Shown here: positions 44,511-53,577 of the stretch, one piece after another
Position numbering within the stretch: position 1 is the stretch's first letter
How the letters are laid out: each line of letters starts with the position of its first letter
DNA from: an uncultured Acidobacteriota bacterium
GTDB lineage: Bacteria > Acidobacteriota > Vicinamibacteria > Vicinamibacterales > SCN-69-37
Assembly (NCBI GenBank): GCA_963730485.1
Contig: CAVSRY010000009.1
Location: 101,941-165,940 of the forward strand
Length of the DNA stretch: 64,000 nt
Direction: 5' to 3'
Program-made: the position numbers and the translations under genes
The notes under the pieces: generated by a model
Seen by the model: only the letters and a program-made list of their open reading frames with translations
Databases searched by the model: none
What the model was told of the DNA's origin: nothing

Positions 44511-44822
44511 CTATCGCGCGTCCGGGTCAGGGTCGCGATCCCCTTCCGCTTTATTGATGAGGTCCTTCAGCTCTTTGCCGGGCTTGAAGTACGGCACGCG
44601 CTTCGGCGGCACGTCCACCTTGTCACCGGTCTTCGGGTTCCGCCCCTTGCGCGGCTCCCGCCGCCGCAGCCGGAAACTGCCAAATCCGCGAAGCTCGATC
44701 TTGTCGCCGCGATGGAGCGCTTCGACGATCGTCTGGAACACGGTGTCCACGATGACCTCCGAATGCTTCTTCGTGAGGTCGGAAACGCGCGACACCTCTT
44801 CGACGAGTTCGGCTTTGGTCAT
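44511..44822 (-). CDS. HU/IHF-family DNA-binding protein (IHF beta-like)
   Basis: From ATG 44822 the product reads MTKAELVEEVSRVSDLTKKHSEVIVDTVFQTIVEALHRGDKIELRGFGSFRLRRREPRKGRNPKTGDKVDVPPKRVPYFKPGKELK. Confidence 0.85.
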   Translation of the reverse strand: MTKAELVEEVSRVSDLTKKHSEVIVDTVFQTIVEALHRGDKIELRGFGSFRLRRREPRKGRNPKTGDKVDVPPKRVPYFKPGKELKDLINKAEGDRDPDPDAR

Positions 44823-44836
44823 CGGCGGATGAAGCG

Positions 44837-44927
44837 GTTTCCGTTCCCGGTTCCTCGTTCCCCGTTCCCCGTTCACCGCCCTGGCCATCTGAACGGGGAA
44901 CGTGGAACGGGGAACGCGGAACGAACG
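44837..44927. repeat. word-array hairpin, family A (GAACGGG)
   Basis: The left arm is GTTTCCGTTCCCGGTTCCTCGTTCCCCGTTCCCCGTTC. The loop is ACCGCCCTGGCCATCT. The right arm is GAACGGG GAACGTG GAACGGG GAACGCG GAACGAACG. It lies between rpsA and ihf. Confidence 0.85.
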
Positions 44928-44928
44928 C

Positions 44929-46683
44929 CTACTTCAAGTGCTTGAAATGATCGCCGAGCGTCACTTCCGGCCGGCCGGTGGTCTCCGAGTACGCTTCCCA
45001 ATCGGCGCGGTACTCCTCGTCCTTCAGCGCGCGGATGCTGAGACCAATCTTTCGCTCTTCCGGCACGAGACGGATGATCTTCATCTGATAGCTCTCGCCG
45101 GCTCTGAGCTCGAGCTTCTCGCCGCCTTGCGACGAATCGAACTCGGAGACGTGAATCAGGCCTTCGATGCCATCGGCCAGCTCCACGAACGCGCCGAAGT
45201 TCGTCAACCGCACCACCTTGCCGTCCACGATGTCACCAACGTGGTGCTTGTCGAAGAACTCTTTCCAGATGCCGGTCTGCAGCTGCTTGAGGCCGAGCGA
45301 CAAACGCTGGTTGTCGGCGTCGATGCTGAGCACCTGCGCCTCGACCGTGTCGCCCTTCTTCAGCACCTCGGACGGGTGCTTGATCTTGCTCCACGACATG
45401 TCCGAGATGTGAATGAGCCCGTCGATGCCTTCCTCGACCTCGACGAACGCGCCGAACTCCGTCAGGTTACGCACCTTGCCGGTGATCGTCGTGCCGACCG
45501 GGTATTTGCCGGCCAGCTCGTGCCACGGGTTGCTCTCGACCTGCTTGAGGCCGAGCGAGATGCGACGCGCGCCCGGATCGACGCCGAGCACCATCGCCTC
45601 GACCGCGTCGCCGACGTTGAGCATCTTCGACGGGTGCTTGACGCGCTTGCTCCACGACATCTCGGAGACGTGAATCAGTCCCTCGACGCCGGGCTCGAGC
45701 TCGATGAACGCGCCGTAGTCCGTAAGGCTGACGACCTTGCCCGAGACGCGGATGCTGACCGGGTAACGCTCGATCACGTTGCCCCAGGGATCCGGCACGA
45801 GCTGCTTGTGGCCGAGCGAGACGCGCTCGGTGCCCGGGTCGTACTTGAGGACCACCACGTCGATCTCGTCACCGACGCGCACGACTTCCGACGGGTGGGT
45901 CACGCGTCCCCACGACATGTCGGTGATGTGCAACAAACCGTCGATGCCGCCGAGGTCGATGAAGGCGCCGTAGTCGGTGAGGTTCTTGACGGTGCCGCGG
46001 AGCGACTTGCCCTCCGCCAGCGTGTCCAGCGTGGTCTTCTTCTTCTCAGCGTTTTCCTCTTCGAGGAGAACCTTGCGGGACAGCACGATATTGCCGCGCT
46101 TCTTGTTCACCTTGATGACGCGCATCCGGAGCTCTTGCCCCTTGAGCGCGTCCAGGTTCCGCACCGGCCGCACGTCAATCTGCGATCCCGGCAGGAACGC
46201 GCGGACGCCGATATCCACGGCCAGTCCGCCCTTGATACGTTCGATCACGCGGCCGATGACCACCTTCCGTTCCTGGTAGGCCTTCTCGACCTCGTCCCAG
46301 ATCTTCATCTTCTCGGCCTTCTCGCGCGACAGCACGACATAGCCGTCGCGGTCCTCCGTGCGCTCGAGCAACACGTCCACCGTGTCGCCCGGCTGCGCCG
46401 TGACCTGGCCGCTTTCATCGATGAATTCTTCGACCGGGATGATGCCTTCGGACTTGAAGCCGACGTCGACAATGACTTCCGTCGGCGTCACCTTCACGAC
46501 GGTGCCCTTGACAACTTCACCTTCCGCGATGTTGCGGAAGCTGGTATCGTAAAACTCGAGGAGGCGCGCATATTCCTGGGGATCCAACTCGGCGCCGTCC
46601 TGCGCTGAGGAGTATGTCGAGAAGCCTGGCAGGGTCTTCACACCTCCTTGGGATGATGCTTTCTTCGTCAATTCTGAACTCAT
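44929..46683 (-). CDS. rpsA: 30S ribosomal protein S1
   Basis: ATG 46683 is preceded by AGGAGG. It has six S1 repeats (GEVVKGTVV, GRVIERIKGGLAVDIG, GTVKNLTDYGAFIDLGG and others) and is intact. Confidence 0.95.
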   Translation of the reverse strand: MSSELTKKASSQGGVKTLPGFSTYSSAQDGAELDPQEYARLLEFYDTSFRNIAEGEVVKGTVVKVTPTEVIVDVGFKSEGIIPVEEFIDESGQVTAQPGDTVDVLLERTEDRDGYVVLSREKAEKMKIWDEVEKAYQERKVVIGRVIERIKGGLAVDIGVRAFLPGSQIDVRPVRNLDALKGQELRMRVIKVNKKRGNIVLSRKVLLEEENAEKKKTTLDTLAEGKSLRGTVKNLTDYGAFIDLGGIDGLLHITDMSWGRVTHPSEVVRVGDEIDVVVLKYDPGTERVSLGHKQLVPDPWGNVIERYPVSIRVSGKVVSLTDYGAFIELEPGVEGLIHVSEMSWSKRVKHPSKMLNVGDAVEAMVLGVDPGARRISLGLKQVESNPWHELAGKYPVGTTITGKVRNLTEFGAFVEVEEGIDGLIHISDMSWSKIKHPSEVLKKGDTVEAQVLSIDADNQRLSLGLKQLQTGIWKEFFDKHHVGDIVDGKVVRLTNFGAFVELADGIEGLIHVSEFDSSQGGEKLELRAGESYQMKIIRLVPEERKIGLSIRALKDEEYRADWEAYSETTGRPEVTLGDHFKHLK

Positions 46684-46825
46684 TTCGTTTCGGATCCTCC
46701 TCAACGGGCGTTCTGCGCCGAATTGCAGCTTCGGCAGGCTGTAGGGTTGGCTCGCAGTAAATGCGATAAGCGTCGAATTATCCGGTACTTAGGACATCGA
46801 AATCAACCGGCGGAGGCATGACGCC

Positions 46826-47547
46826 ATGGCTCGAAAGAAACCGGCTCGACGATCCAAGCGATCCCGCCAGGCCCGCCAGACGACCAGGCGCTCACCCCGT
46901 CGGACCGGCGCCGCCAAGCGGGCACGACGAGCGACTGGCCGGCGCAAGACGCGGACGGCCGCGTCGGTTCGACGAAAGACCGCAAAGACCTCCAGAAAGT
47001 CGTCGGCAATCGGACGACCCGCCCGATCCGCAAATCTAAGGTGACTCGACCAAAAGTGCGTCCTGCGAGGCGTCCTGTTCCGGCCGTCGTGCCGCCTTCC
47101 GCCGAGGCCGGCGGAGCCCGTCGAGTCCCCCACGCGCCACCAAAGCTCGACCGAGAGCGTCGCCGGCTGGCTGATATCGAGCGGCTCCCTTCGGCGTCGG
47201 ACAATCGCACCGAAGCCGACGACCGGGCCGCCGCCGCAGCCCGCTCCGGGCACGAGGAACTGAAGGCGTCGCTTGCCCGCCACACGGAAACCAGTCCAAC
47301 GCTCACCGCAGGCGATCTCGATGCCCGTTGGGAGGACGCCTACGCGCTCGGCGACGAGGCACCAGGCGGCGACAATCCCACGCCCGGCCAGGACAGGGTG
47401 GACGAAATCGGCAAGGCGCTCGGTGTCGTGTACGAAGATGCCGAGGAGCTTCGAGCGAGCGACAAAGTTGCGGACCGCGACCGTCACCGCTGGGAGCTCG
47501 ACCCGGCCTCCTCAGACGACTGGCCTCATGACGGAAGTGAGAAGTGA
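46826..47547 (+). CDS. conserved hypothetical protein with very basic N-terminus and DUF6335-like C-terminal domain (probable frame break near 47035)
   Basis: MARKKPARRSKRSRQARQTTRRSPRR.. lies in one frame. A second frame reads LTAGDLDARWEDAYALGDEAPGGDNPTPGQDRVDEIGKALGVVYEDAEELR..RDRHRWELDPASSDD. The family name is recalled, not checked. Confidence 0.5.
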
Positions 47548-47660
47548 GAAGGTAGAAGCCAGAAGTCAGAAGTTAGAAGTTACTGGGCGCTTCCCGTGAA
47601 CCGGGCCGTCCGTCCCTGACTTCTAACTTCTGGCTTCTAACTTCCAACTTGTCTTGCCTT
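47534..47660. repeat. word-array hairpin, family C (AGAAGTN)
   Basis: The left arm is GAAGTGA GAAGTGA GAAGGTA GAAGCCA GAAGTCA GAAGTTA GAAGTTA. The right arm is TGACTTC TAACTTC TGGCTTC TAACTTC CAACTTG. Both convergent stop codons lie inside the arms. Confidence 0.85.
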
Positions 47661-48311
47661 CTCCACGAGCTCCATGACCCGTTTCACGACGTCCATGACC
47701 GCCAGGTTCGTCGTGTCGATGTAAATCGCATCCGGGGCCATCTTCAGGGGTGACACCGTCCGGGTCCGGTCGATCCGATCCCGGACCTCGAGCGCTTCCG
47801 CGACGCCATCACGTCCAATGGCACGGCCCGCCGCGTGGGCGGCATCCGCCGACCGGCGCCGCGCGCGTTCGCCCGGATCCGCATCGAGATAGACCTTCAC
47901 ATCCGCATCAGGAAACACCACCGACCCGATGTCGCGTCCTTCCATGACGATCCCGCCGCCCGCGGCGTAGCGCCGCTGTCGCTCGACGAGCACGGCCCGG
48001 ACGGGCGGATGCTGCGCGACGATGGCGGCCGAGTGGTCAATCGCGGGCGTGCGGATCGCGTCGGTGACGTCATGACCGTCAATGACGACCTTGTCGTTCA
48101 CTTCGAACGAGGCGAGCGAGGCGACGGACGCGACGGCGGCTCCATCCTGAAGGTCGACGCCGTCGTGCGCGGCCTTCCAGGCGACCGCGCGATACATCGC
48201 GCCCGTGTCCACGTGCCGGTAGCCGAGCCGCGCGGCAATCGTGCGCGCGACCGTTCCTTTGCCGGCTCCAGAAGGGCCGTCGATAGCGACGATGATCTCG
48301 CGAGGTGACAT
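47637..48311 (-). CDS. cmk: cytidylate kinase
   Basis: An intact 224-aa ORF with IVAIDGPSGAGKGTVARTIAARLGYRHVDTGAMYRAVA. Confidence 0.9.
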   Translation of the reverse strand: MSPREIIVAIDGPSGAGKGTVARTIAARLGYRHVDTGAMYRAVAWKAAHDGVDLQDGAAVASVASLASFEVNDKVVIDGHDVTDAIRTPAIDHSAAIVAQHPPVRAVLVERQRRYAAGGGIVMEGRDIGSVVFPDADVKVYLDADPGERARRRSADAAHAAGRAIGRDGVAEALEVRDRIDRTRTVSPLKMAPDAIYIDTTNLAVMDVVKRVMELVEKARQVGS

Positions 48312-48335
48312 GAGGCAGCACGTATTATTCCCGGG

Positions 48336-49503
48336 ATGTCGCCTCGCCGGAAGCGCTGGGTCGCCATCGTCGTCGCGCTCGCCGTGATGGCGAGCGTTTT
48401 CGCAATCTGGCCGACTGTCGGAACGGTCGCGCTCCTGCTCGATCTCGGCGGATGGACGGCCTTCCCCCGTCCGATCGTGCCGGTGCGCGCCGCCGCGACG
48501 TCATCCGAAAGGATCACGGTTCCGACCCGGCATGGTCCCGTCGTCGCCCGCATCGATCGCCCGTCCGGCGGCGCCGACCGTACGCTCGTGGTCCTGCCGG
48601 GTGTGCATGCTGCCGGACTCGACGAGCCTCGCCTGACGCGTTTCTCGACGCGGTTGGCCGGCGCCGGCATCAATGTCGTGAGCGTGCCCCTGCCGGACCT
48701 GCGAGCATTTCGCATCGTCGGCCGCTCGACGGACGAGGCCGAGGACGTGACCGCCTGGATCGCGGCGAACCGGAGTCTCGCGCCGAACGGACGGGTCAGC
48801 CTGGCAGGGGTGAGCTTCGCGGGGGGTCTCGCGCTGGTGGCCGCCGGGCGCCCGTCGCTCGCCGGGCATCTGGACGCGGCGGTGTCGCTCGGCGGGCACG
48901 GTGATCTCGGCCAGGTGCTCGACTACCTGTGCACCGGGCGGCTGCCGGACGGCACGGCGCGCACGCCGCACGACTACAGCGTGGCCGTCGTGGCGCTCGC
49001 GGCGGTGCCGCATCTCGTGCCACCAGGCGAAGCTGCCGGCCTCGCGCGCGGGATTGTTCTGTTCCTGGAGGCGTCCGCGGATGAATCTCCGGAACGGACC
49101 CGAACCCAGCGTCAACTCGCAGAAGCCGTCCGGCTCCGCGACGCGATGCCCGCGCGATCCCAGCAGATCATGGACTGGGTCCTCGGACGCAACGTGGCTG
49201 CCCTCGGCGCGGCGATCCGCCCCTTCATTGCCGAGCTCGCGAAGGACCCCGCCCTTTCGCCGGAACGGTCGCCGGCAACTTCACGTGCCCGTCTTTCTTC
49301 TCCAGGGCCAGAACGACACGGTGATCCCGCCGTCCGAAACGCCACGTCTTGCCCGGTACCTCGAAACGCACGGCACACCGACCGTCCGTTGGCTGCTGAC
49401 TCCCGTGTTGTCCCACGTCGGCATCGATACCAGCGTGTCGGCGTCCGACTGGTGGCGGCTGGTTCGTTTCTGGCGCGACCTCGAGGATGCGATCGGAGAG
49501 TGA
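48336..49503 (+). CDS. alpha/beta-fold hydrolase with N-terminal membrane anchor (one frame break near 49275)
   Basis: It has WVAIVVALAVMASVFAIW and nucleophile elbow LAGVSFAGGLAL. After the break it reads VPVFLLQGQNDTVIPPSETPRLARYL..LSHVGID. Confidence 0.65.
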
Positions 49504-49539
49504 ACACGCGCGTCAACGTGAACTTCGAATGACAAACTC

Positions 49540-50314
49540 CTAGCTTCTCGGTTTGACGTTCGACGGTCGAACGTGACGTGCGCCTTTCTCTCCAAGAAGC
49601 GCTCGCACCTCGGCCGGGGTCAACTCCCGGATCTGGCCGGGCTTGAGGCGCTTGTCGGAAATTGGGCCGATGCGGATACGGCGCAGGCGGTTGACGGGGT
49701 GCGCGATGGCGTCGCACATGCGGCGGACCTGGCGGTTCCGTCCCTCGCGGATGGTGATTTCCAGCCGGCACCGCGGTCCCTGCCGGCTCTCGAACGATCC
49801 CAGTTTGCGCACGTCCGCCGGCGCGTGTCCGACGGCCTTCGATGGTGATGCCCCGGCGTAGTCGCTCGAGATCCCGGTCGTCGGGCACTCCCTCGACCTC
49901 GACGTCGTAGGTCCGTTCCAGCTCGTGACGCGGATGCGAGACATGGTCGGCGAAATCGCCGTCGTTGGTCAGGATCAGCAGTCCCTCCGAATCGAAATCG
50001 AGACGGCCGACCGGATAGATATAGCCCGTGAATCCGCGCGCGACGGCGAGATCGATGACGGTCGGACGCCGCTCCGGATCGGATCGCGTGCTCACGACGC
50101 CGCGCGGCTTGTAGACGAGCAGGTACCGGCGTTCGGGCGACGTGCGCTTCAGCCGGCGCCCGTCCACCTTAATCTCGTCCTGCGCCGGATCCGCCTGGCT
50201 CCCGAGTGCGTCAACGACCCGTCCGTTGACTTCCACTCTGCCCTGCCTGATCAGCTCATCAGCCGCACGCCGCGACGCGACACCGGCCGCGGAGAGAATC
50301 TTGTTTAGTCGCAT
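49540..50314 (-). CDS. rluB: pseudouridine synthase, RluB/RsuA family (one frame break near 49850)
   Basis: It has an S4 domain (MRLNKILSAAGVASRRAADELIRQGRVEVNG) and catalytic YPVGRLDFDSEGLLILTNDG. After the break it reads LEITIREGRNRQVRRMCDAI. Confidence 0.85.
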
Positions 50315-50481
50315 TGATGATTTGAGATTTGAAATTGATGATCCATCGATGATTTGAGATTGATGATTGAGGATTGATGATCGAAACAACCTGCGTAGCA
50401 GAGTCACTCAATCGACAATGGCGCGATCCTCAATCATCAATCATCGATGAATCATCAATTTCAAATTTCAAATCCTCAATG
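50312..50481. repeat. palindromic word-array element, family E, copy 2
   Basis: The left arm CATTGATGATTTGAGATTTGAAATTGATGATCCATCGATGA differs by 1 nt in its first 40 nt from copy 1. The complementary right arm ends CCTCAATG. The roughly 40-nt loop is unrelated to that of copy 1. Confidence 0.85.
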
Positions 50482-51078
50482 CACGGATTCATTTTCATCT
50501 TTTTCAAACGGGAGCGCCGTCTGTGGCGCCGGCTCGGCGACCGATGCGGGGAGCTCGAATCCGAGAAGCTCCGACATGTCCTCGACCTTCGGCAAATCGG
50601 TCAAGTCGTTCAGGCCGAACCGCTCGAGGAATTCCCGAGTCGTGCCATACAGGAACGGGCGGCCGACCACCTGCTTGCGGCCGACGATCTTCACGAGCTT
50701 CCGTTCGATCAGCGTGCTCAGCACGCCCGCCGCGTTCACGCCGCGAATCTCGGCGACCTCCGGGGACGTGACCGGCTGTTTGTAGGCGATGACCGCGAGC
50801 GTCTCGAGCGCCGCGACGGAGAGCTTCTGCGTGGTCCGCTCGTGGAACATCCGGCGGACCCACTCGTGCAGCTCGGGCCGCGTGACGATCTCCCAGCCGC
50901 CCGCCACCTCGACCATTTGAAGTCCGCCCGGGCGGCTGTACTGCTCTTTCAAGTCGTCAATCGCCTTGACGATGTCGTCCTTCGACTCGCCGTCGAGGAG
51001 CTTGACGAGCGACTTGATGGTGATCGGCTCCGGCGCCGCGAAAATCAGCGCTTCGACGATGGCCTTGAGATCTGACAT
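50476..51078 (-). CDS. scpB: SMC-Scp complex subunit ScpB
   Basis: From ATG 51078 the product reads MSDLKAIVEALIFAAPEPITIKSLVKLL..LSVAALETLAVIAYKQPVTSPEVAEIRGV. Confidence 0.85.
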   Translation of the reverse strand: MSDLKAIVEALIFAAPEPITIKSLVKLLDGESKDDIVKAIDDLKEQYSRPGGLQMVEVAGGWEIVTRPELHEWVRRMFHERTTQKLSVAALETLAVIAYKQPVTSPEVAEIRGVNAAGVLSTLIERKLVKIVGRKQVVGRPFLYGTTREFLERFGLNDLTDLPKVEDMSELLGFELPASVAEPAPQTALPFEKDENESVH

Positions 51079-51866
51079 TACGGCGCTTCTCCGAAGGTCG
51101 GCGCGCCGGCGGGGCGCGCGCGCTTGTAGACGCGAATCGGACCAAAGTTGCCCTGCTGGAACACGCGCACGAGCTTGAGGCGGATCATCTCGAGCAGCGC
51201 GAGGAACGTGACGATCATGCCCGCGCGGGTCTGCACGTCCCCGAACAGATCCTCGAATCCGCAGGCCTCGGTCTCCGAGAGACGCGCGGTCAACTGCTCG
51301 ATCCGCGTCTCGATCGACATCTGCTCGGGCGGCAGAATGACCCGCGGCCGCTGGCGCGCCCGTTCGAGCACCTGACGGAACGCCGCCATGAGGCTGTACA
51401 GATCCACCTCGACCTCGGGTTCGGGCGCCTCGCCCACGACCTCCGAGATCCGGCCGTCGGGCCGCCCCCACTGCGCGCTCCGCTGAATCTCGCGCTCGTG
51501 AAGCAGTTCCGCCGCGGCCTTGAAGCGCTGGTGCTCGAGCAACTGCCGCATCAGCGCTTCGCGCGGGTCTTCGTCCGGATCTTCCTGCGACGGATCGGGC
51601 CGCGGGAGGAGCATGCGCGACTTGATGTGGATCAGCGTCGCCGCCATGACGAGGAACTCGCCCACGACGTCGAGATTCAGCTCCGACATCAGGTCGAGGT
51701 ACTCGAGATACTGCTGGGTCACGAGCGCGATCGGGATGTCGTAGATGTTCACCTCATTCTTCTTGATGAGGTGCAGCAGTAGATCCAGCGGCCCCTCGAA
51801 CATCTCGAGGCGCACGGGGTAGTCGCCGAGAATCGACTCGAAGTCGAGCGGTTCAGCGTCGGACAT
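51078..51866 (-). CDS. scpA: segregation and condensation protein A
   Basis: An intact 262-aa ORF with FEGPLDLLLHLIKKNEVNIYDIPIALVTQQYLEYL. Confidence 0.85.
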   Translation of the reverse strand: MSDAEPLDFESILGDYPVRLEMFEGPLDLLLHLIKKNEVNIYDIPIALVTQQYLEYLDLMSELNLDVVGEFLVMAATLIHIKSRMLLPRPDPSQEDPDEDPREALMRQLLEHQRFKAAAELLHEREIQRSAQWGRPDGRISEVVGEAPEPEVEVDLYSLMAAFRQVLERARQRPRVILPPEQMSIETRIEQLTARLSETEACGFEDLFGDVQTRAGMIVTFLALLEMIRLKLVRVFQQGNFGPIRVYKRARPAGAPTFGEAP

Positions 51867-51872
51867 GGCGAC

Positions 51873-52868
51873 TCAGTACCTCAGCTTCACGGCGTCGCGC
51901 ACGCGCGCCATCGTGTCCTGAGCCACGGCACGTGCGCGCGCCGATCCCGTCATGACCAGGTCGCGCAAATCACCCGGACGCTTGAGCGCCGCCTGGCGCC
52001 GTTCGCGAATCGGGTCGAGCATGGCGTTGATCGCGGCCGACAGCTTGGTCTTGACCTCGACGTCACCGACTTTGCCTGTGCGGTAGCGGGCCTTCAAGTC
52101 CTCCACCTCTGCGTGGTTCGGATTGAACGCGTCGTGGTAGACGAATACGGGATTGCCCTCGACTTCACCGGGGATGTCGGCGCGGACCCGCTTCGGATCC
52201 GTGTACATCTGGCGGACTTTCTTCACGACCGCCTCGGGCGAATCCGACAGATCGATCGTGTTGCCGTAACTCTTGCTCATCTTGCGGTTGTCGAGGCCAG
52301 GCAGCCGAGGCGTGGCCGTGAGCAGGGGCTGCGGCTCGACGAACACCTCGCCGTAAAGATTGTGGAACCGCCGCACGACCTCACGCGAGAACTCGAGGTG
52401 CGGCACCTGATCGTCGCCCACCGGCACGTAGTGCGCGTTGTAGATGATGACGTCGGCCGTCTGCAACAGCGGGTAGCCCAGGAAACCGAGGTTCGACAGG
52501 TCGCGGTCCGACAACTGCTCAATCTGCTCCTTGTACGTCGGCACGCGCTCCAGCCAGGAGATCGGCGTGATCATCTGGAGCAGCAGATAGAGCTCCGCGT
52601 GCTCCGGAACCATCGACTGCACGAAGACCGTGCTTCGCTCGGGATCGACGCCTGCGCCAATCCAGTCCGCGACGTTGTCCAGCGCGTACTCGACGATCCG
52701 CCCGGTGCTCGCGTAGTCGCTGGTGAGCGCGTGCCAGTCGGCGACGAAGTAGTACGCGTCGTACTGCTCCTGCAAGCGCGTCCAGTTCTGGAGAGCGCCG
52801 ACCAGGTGGCCAAGATGCAGCGGCCCGGTCGGCCGCATCCCGGACAAGACCCGAGGTCGGGCGGTCAT
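51873..52868 (-). CDS. trpS: tryptophan--tRNA ligase
   Basis: From ATG 52868 the product reads [26 protein letters not shown] and has KMSKSYGN. It is 331 aa. The upstream part of the 444-aa track ORF belongs to the M50 protease. Confidence 0.9.
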   Translation of the reverse strand: MTARPRVLSGMRPTGPLHLGHLVGALQNWTRLQEQYDAYYFVADWHALTSDYASTGRIVEYALDNVADWIGAGVDPERSTVFVQSMVPEHAELYLLLQMITPISWLERVPTYKEQIEQLSDRDLSNLGFLGYPLLQTADVIIYNAHYVPVGDDQVPHLEFSREVVRRFHNLYGEVFVEPQPLLTATPRLPGLDNRKMSKSYGNTIDLSDSPEAVVKKVRQMYTDPKRVRADIPGEVEGNPVFVYHDAFNPNHAEVEDLKARYRTGKVGDVEVKTKLSAAINAMLDPIRERRQAALKRPGDLRDLVMTGSARARAVAQDTMARVRDAVKLRY

Positions 52869-53485
52869 GGCAGCCACCGCACGAGAAAGCCGTTGACGGG
52901 CGCGGCAGATCCAGACCAGCACGCCGCTCAGGAGCAACGCGTACAGGACGAAGATGCCGAACGGCCTGAGCTGGTCGAGGATCCGAGCCGCCGATTCCGG
53001 CACGAGCCCCGCCAGGATATTGCCGCCATCGAGCGGCGGCACGGGTATCAGGTTGAATACTGCGAGGAAGACGTTGAGCTGGATGAAGCCCCGCAGAAAG
53101 TCGAGCAGCACCGAGCCCGTGACCTCGCCGGTGCTCAGCAGCGACAGCGGAATCAGCGCCAGGAACGCGAGCAGGAGGTTGCTCAGCGGCCCGGCCGCCG
53201 CGACCATGGCGAAGTCCCGCCTTGGGTGTCGGAGGTTGAGCGGGATTGACTGGCACGGGCTTGGCCCAACCGATCAAGCGGCAGGTTCGAAATCGCCGCG
53301 ATGAGCGGAAACAAGACCGTGCCAATCCAGTCGATGTGCGCCAGCGGATTCAGCGTCAGCCGCCCCAGCAATCGCGCGGTCGGGTCGCCGAGCTTGTCGG
53401 CGCTCCATGCGTGCGCGGCCTCATGAAACGAAAGCGACAGGATCAGAACGACGAGAAACGGAAGGGCGGAAGCGATCAAGTCCAA
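52865..53485 (-). CDS. site-2 protease family (M50) membrane metalloprotease (two frame breaks near 53275 and 52915)
   Basis: It has SFHEAAHAW (HExxH) and [11 protein letters not shown]. The likely true C-terminus, [14 protein letters not shown], overlaps the trpS ATG (ATGA). Confidence 0.75.
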
Positions 53486-53513
53486 GCGGCAAAACTCTAT
53501 CAGGGTTCACGTC

Positions 53514-53577
53514 GAGCCCTAAGCCCTAAGCCGCGAGTCGGATCCGTGAGCCCTAAGCCTTGAGCCCTAAGCCCTCC
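53514..53577. repeat. direct word arrays, family D complement (GCCCTAA)
   Basis: GAGCCCTAAGCCCTAAGCC, a 15-nt spacer, then GAGCCCTAAGCCTTGAGCCCTAAGCCCTCC. No complementary arm is present. It overlaps the last seven codons of uvrC. Confidence 0.8.

Noticed and set aside
44823-44888. N-terminal extensions proposed by the ORF track that run through repeat arrays. These are ihf (MARAVNGERGTRNRERK..), the amidotransferase (27450-27500), rluB (50315-50407), mpg (59197-59319), the mutase small subunit (37540-37728) and efp (56842-56869). ORFs made purely of arrays, such as 18726-18980 and 37571-38035, are included.
   Set aside because: The extensions are translations of the word arrays. The conserved protein N-termini begin at internal ATGs, several of them with good SD sequences.
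49504-49590. A possible terminator hairpin between the hydrolase gene and rluB (CGCGCGTCAACGTGAACTTCGAA versus TTCGACGGTCGAACGTGACGTGCG).
   Set aside because: Complementarity is only about two thirds, and the right half lies inside the conserved rluB coding sequence. It is too weak to call.
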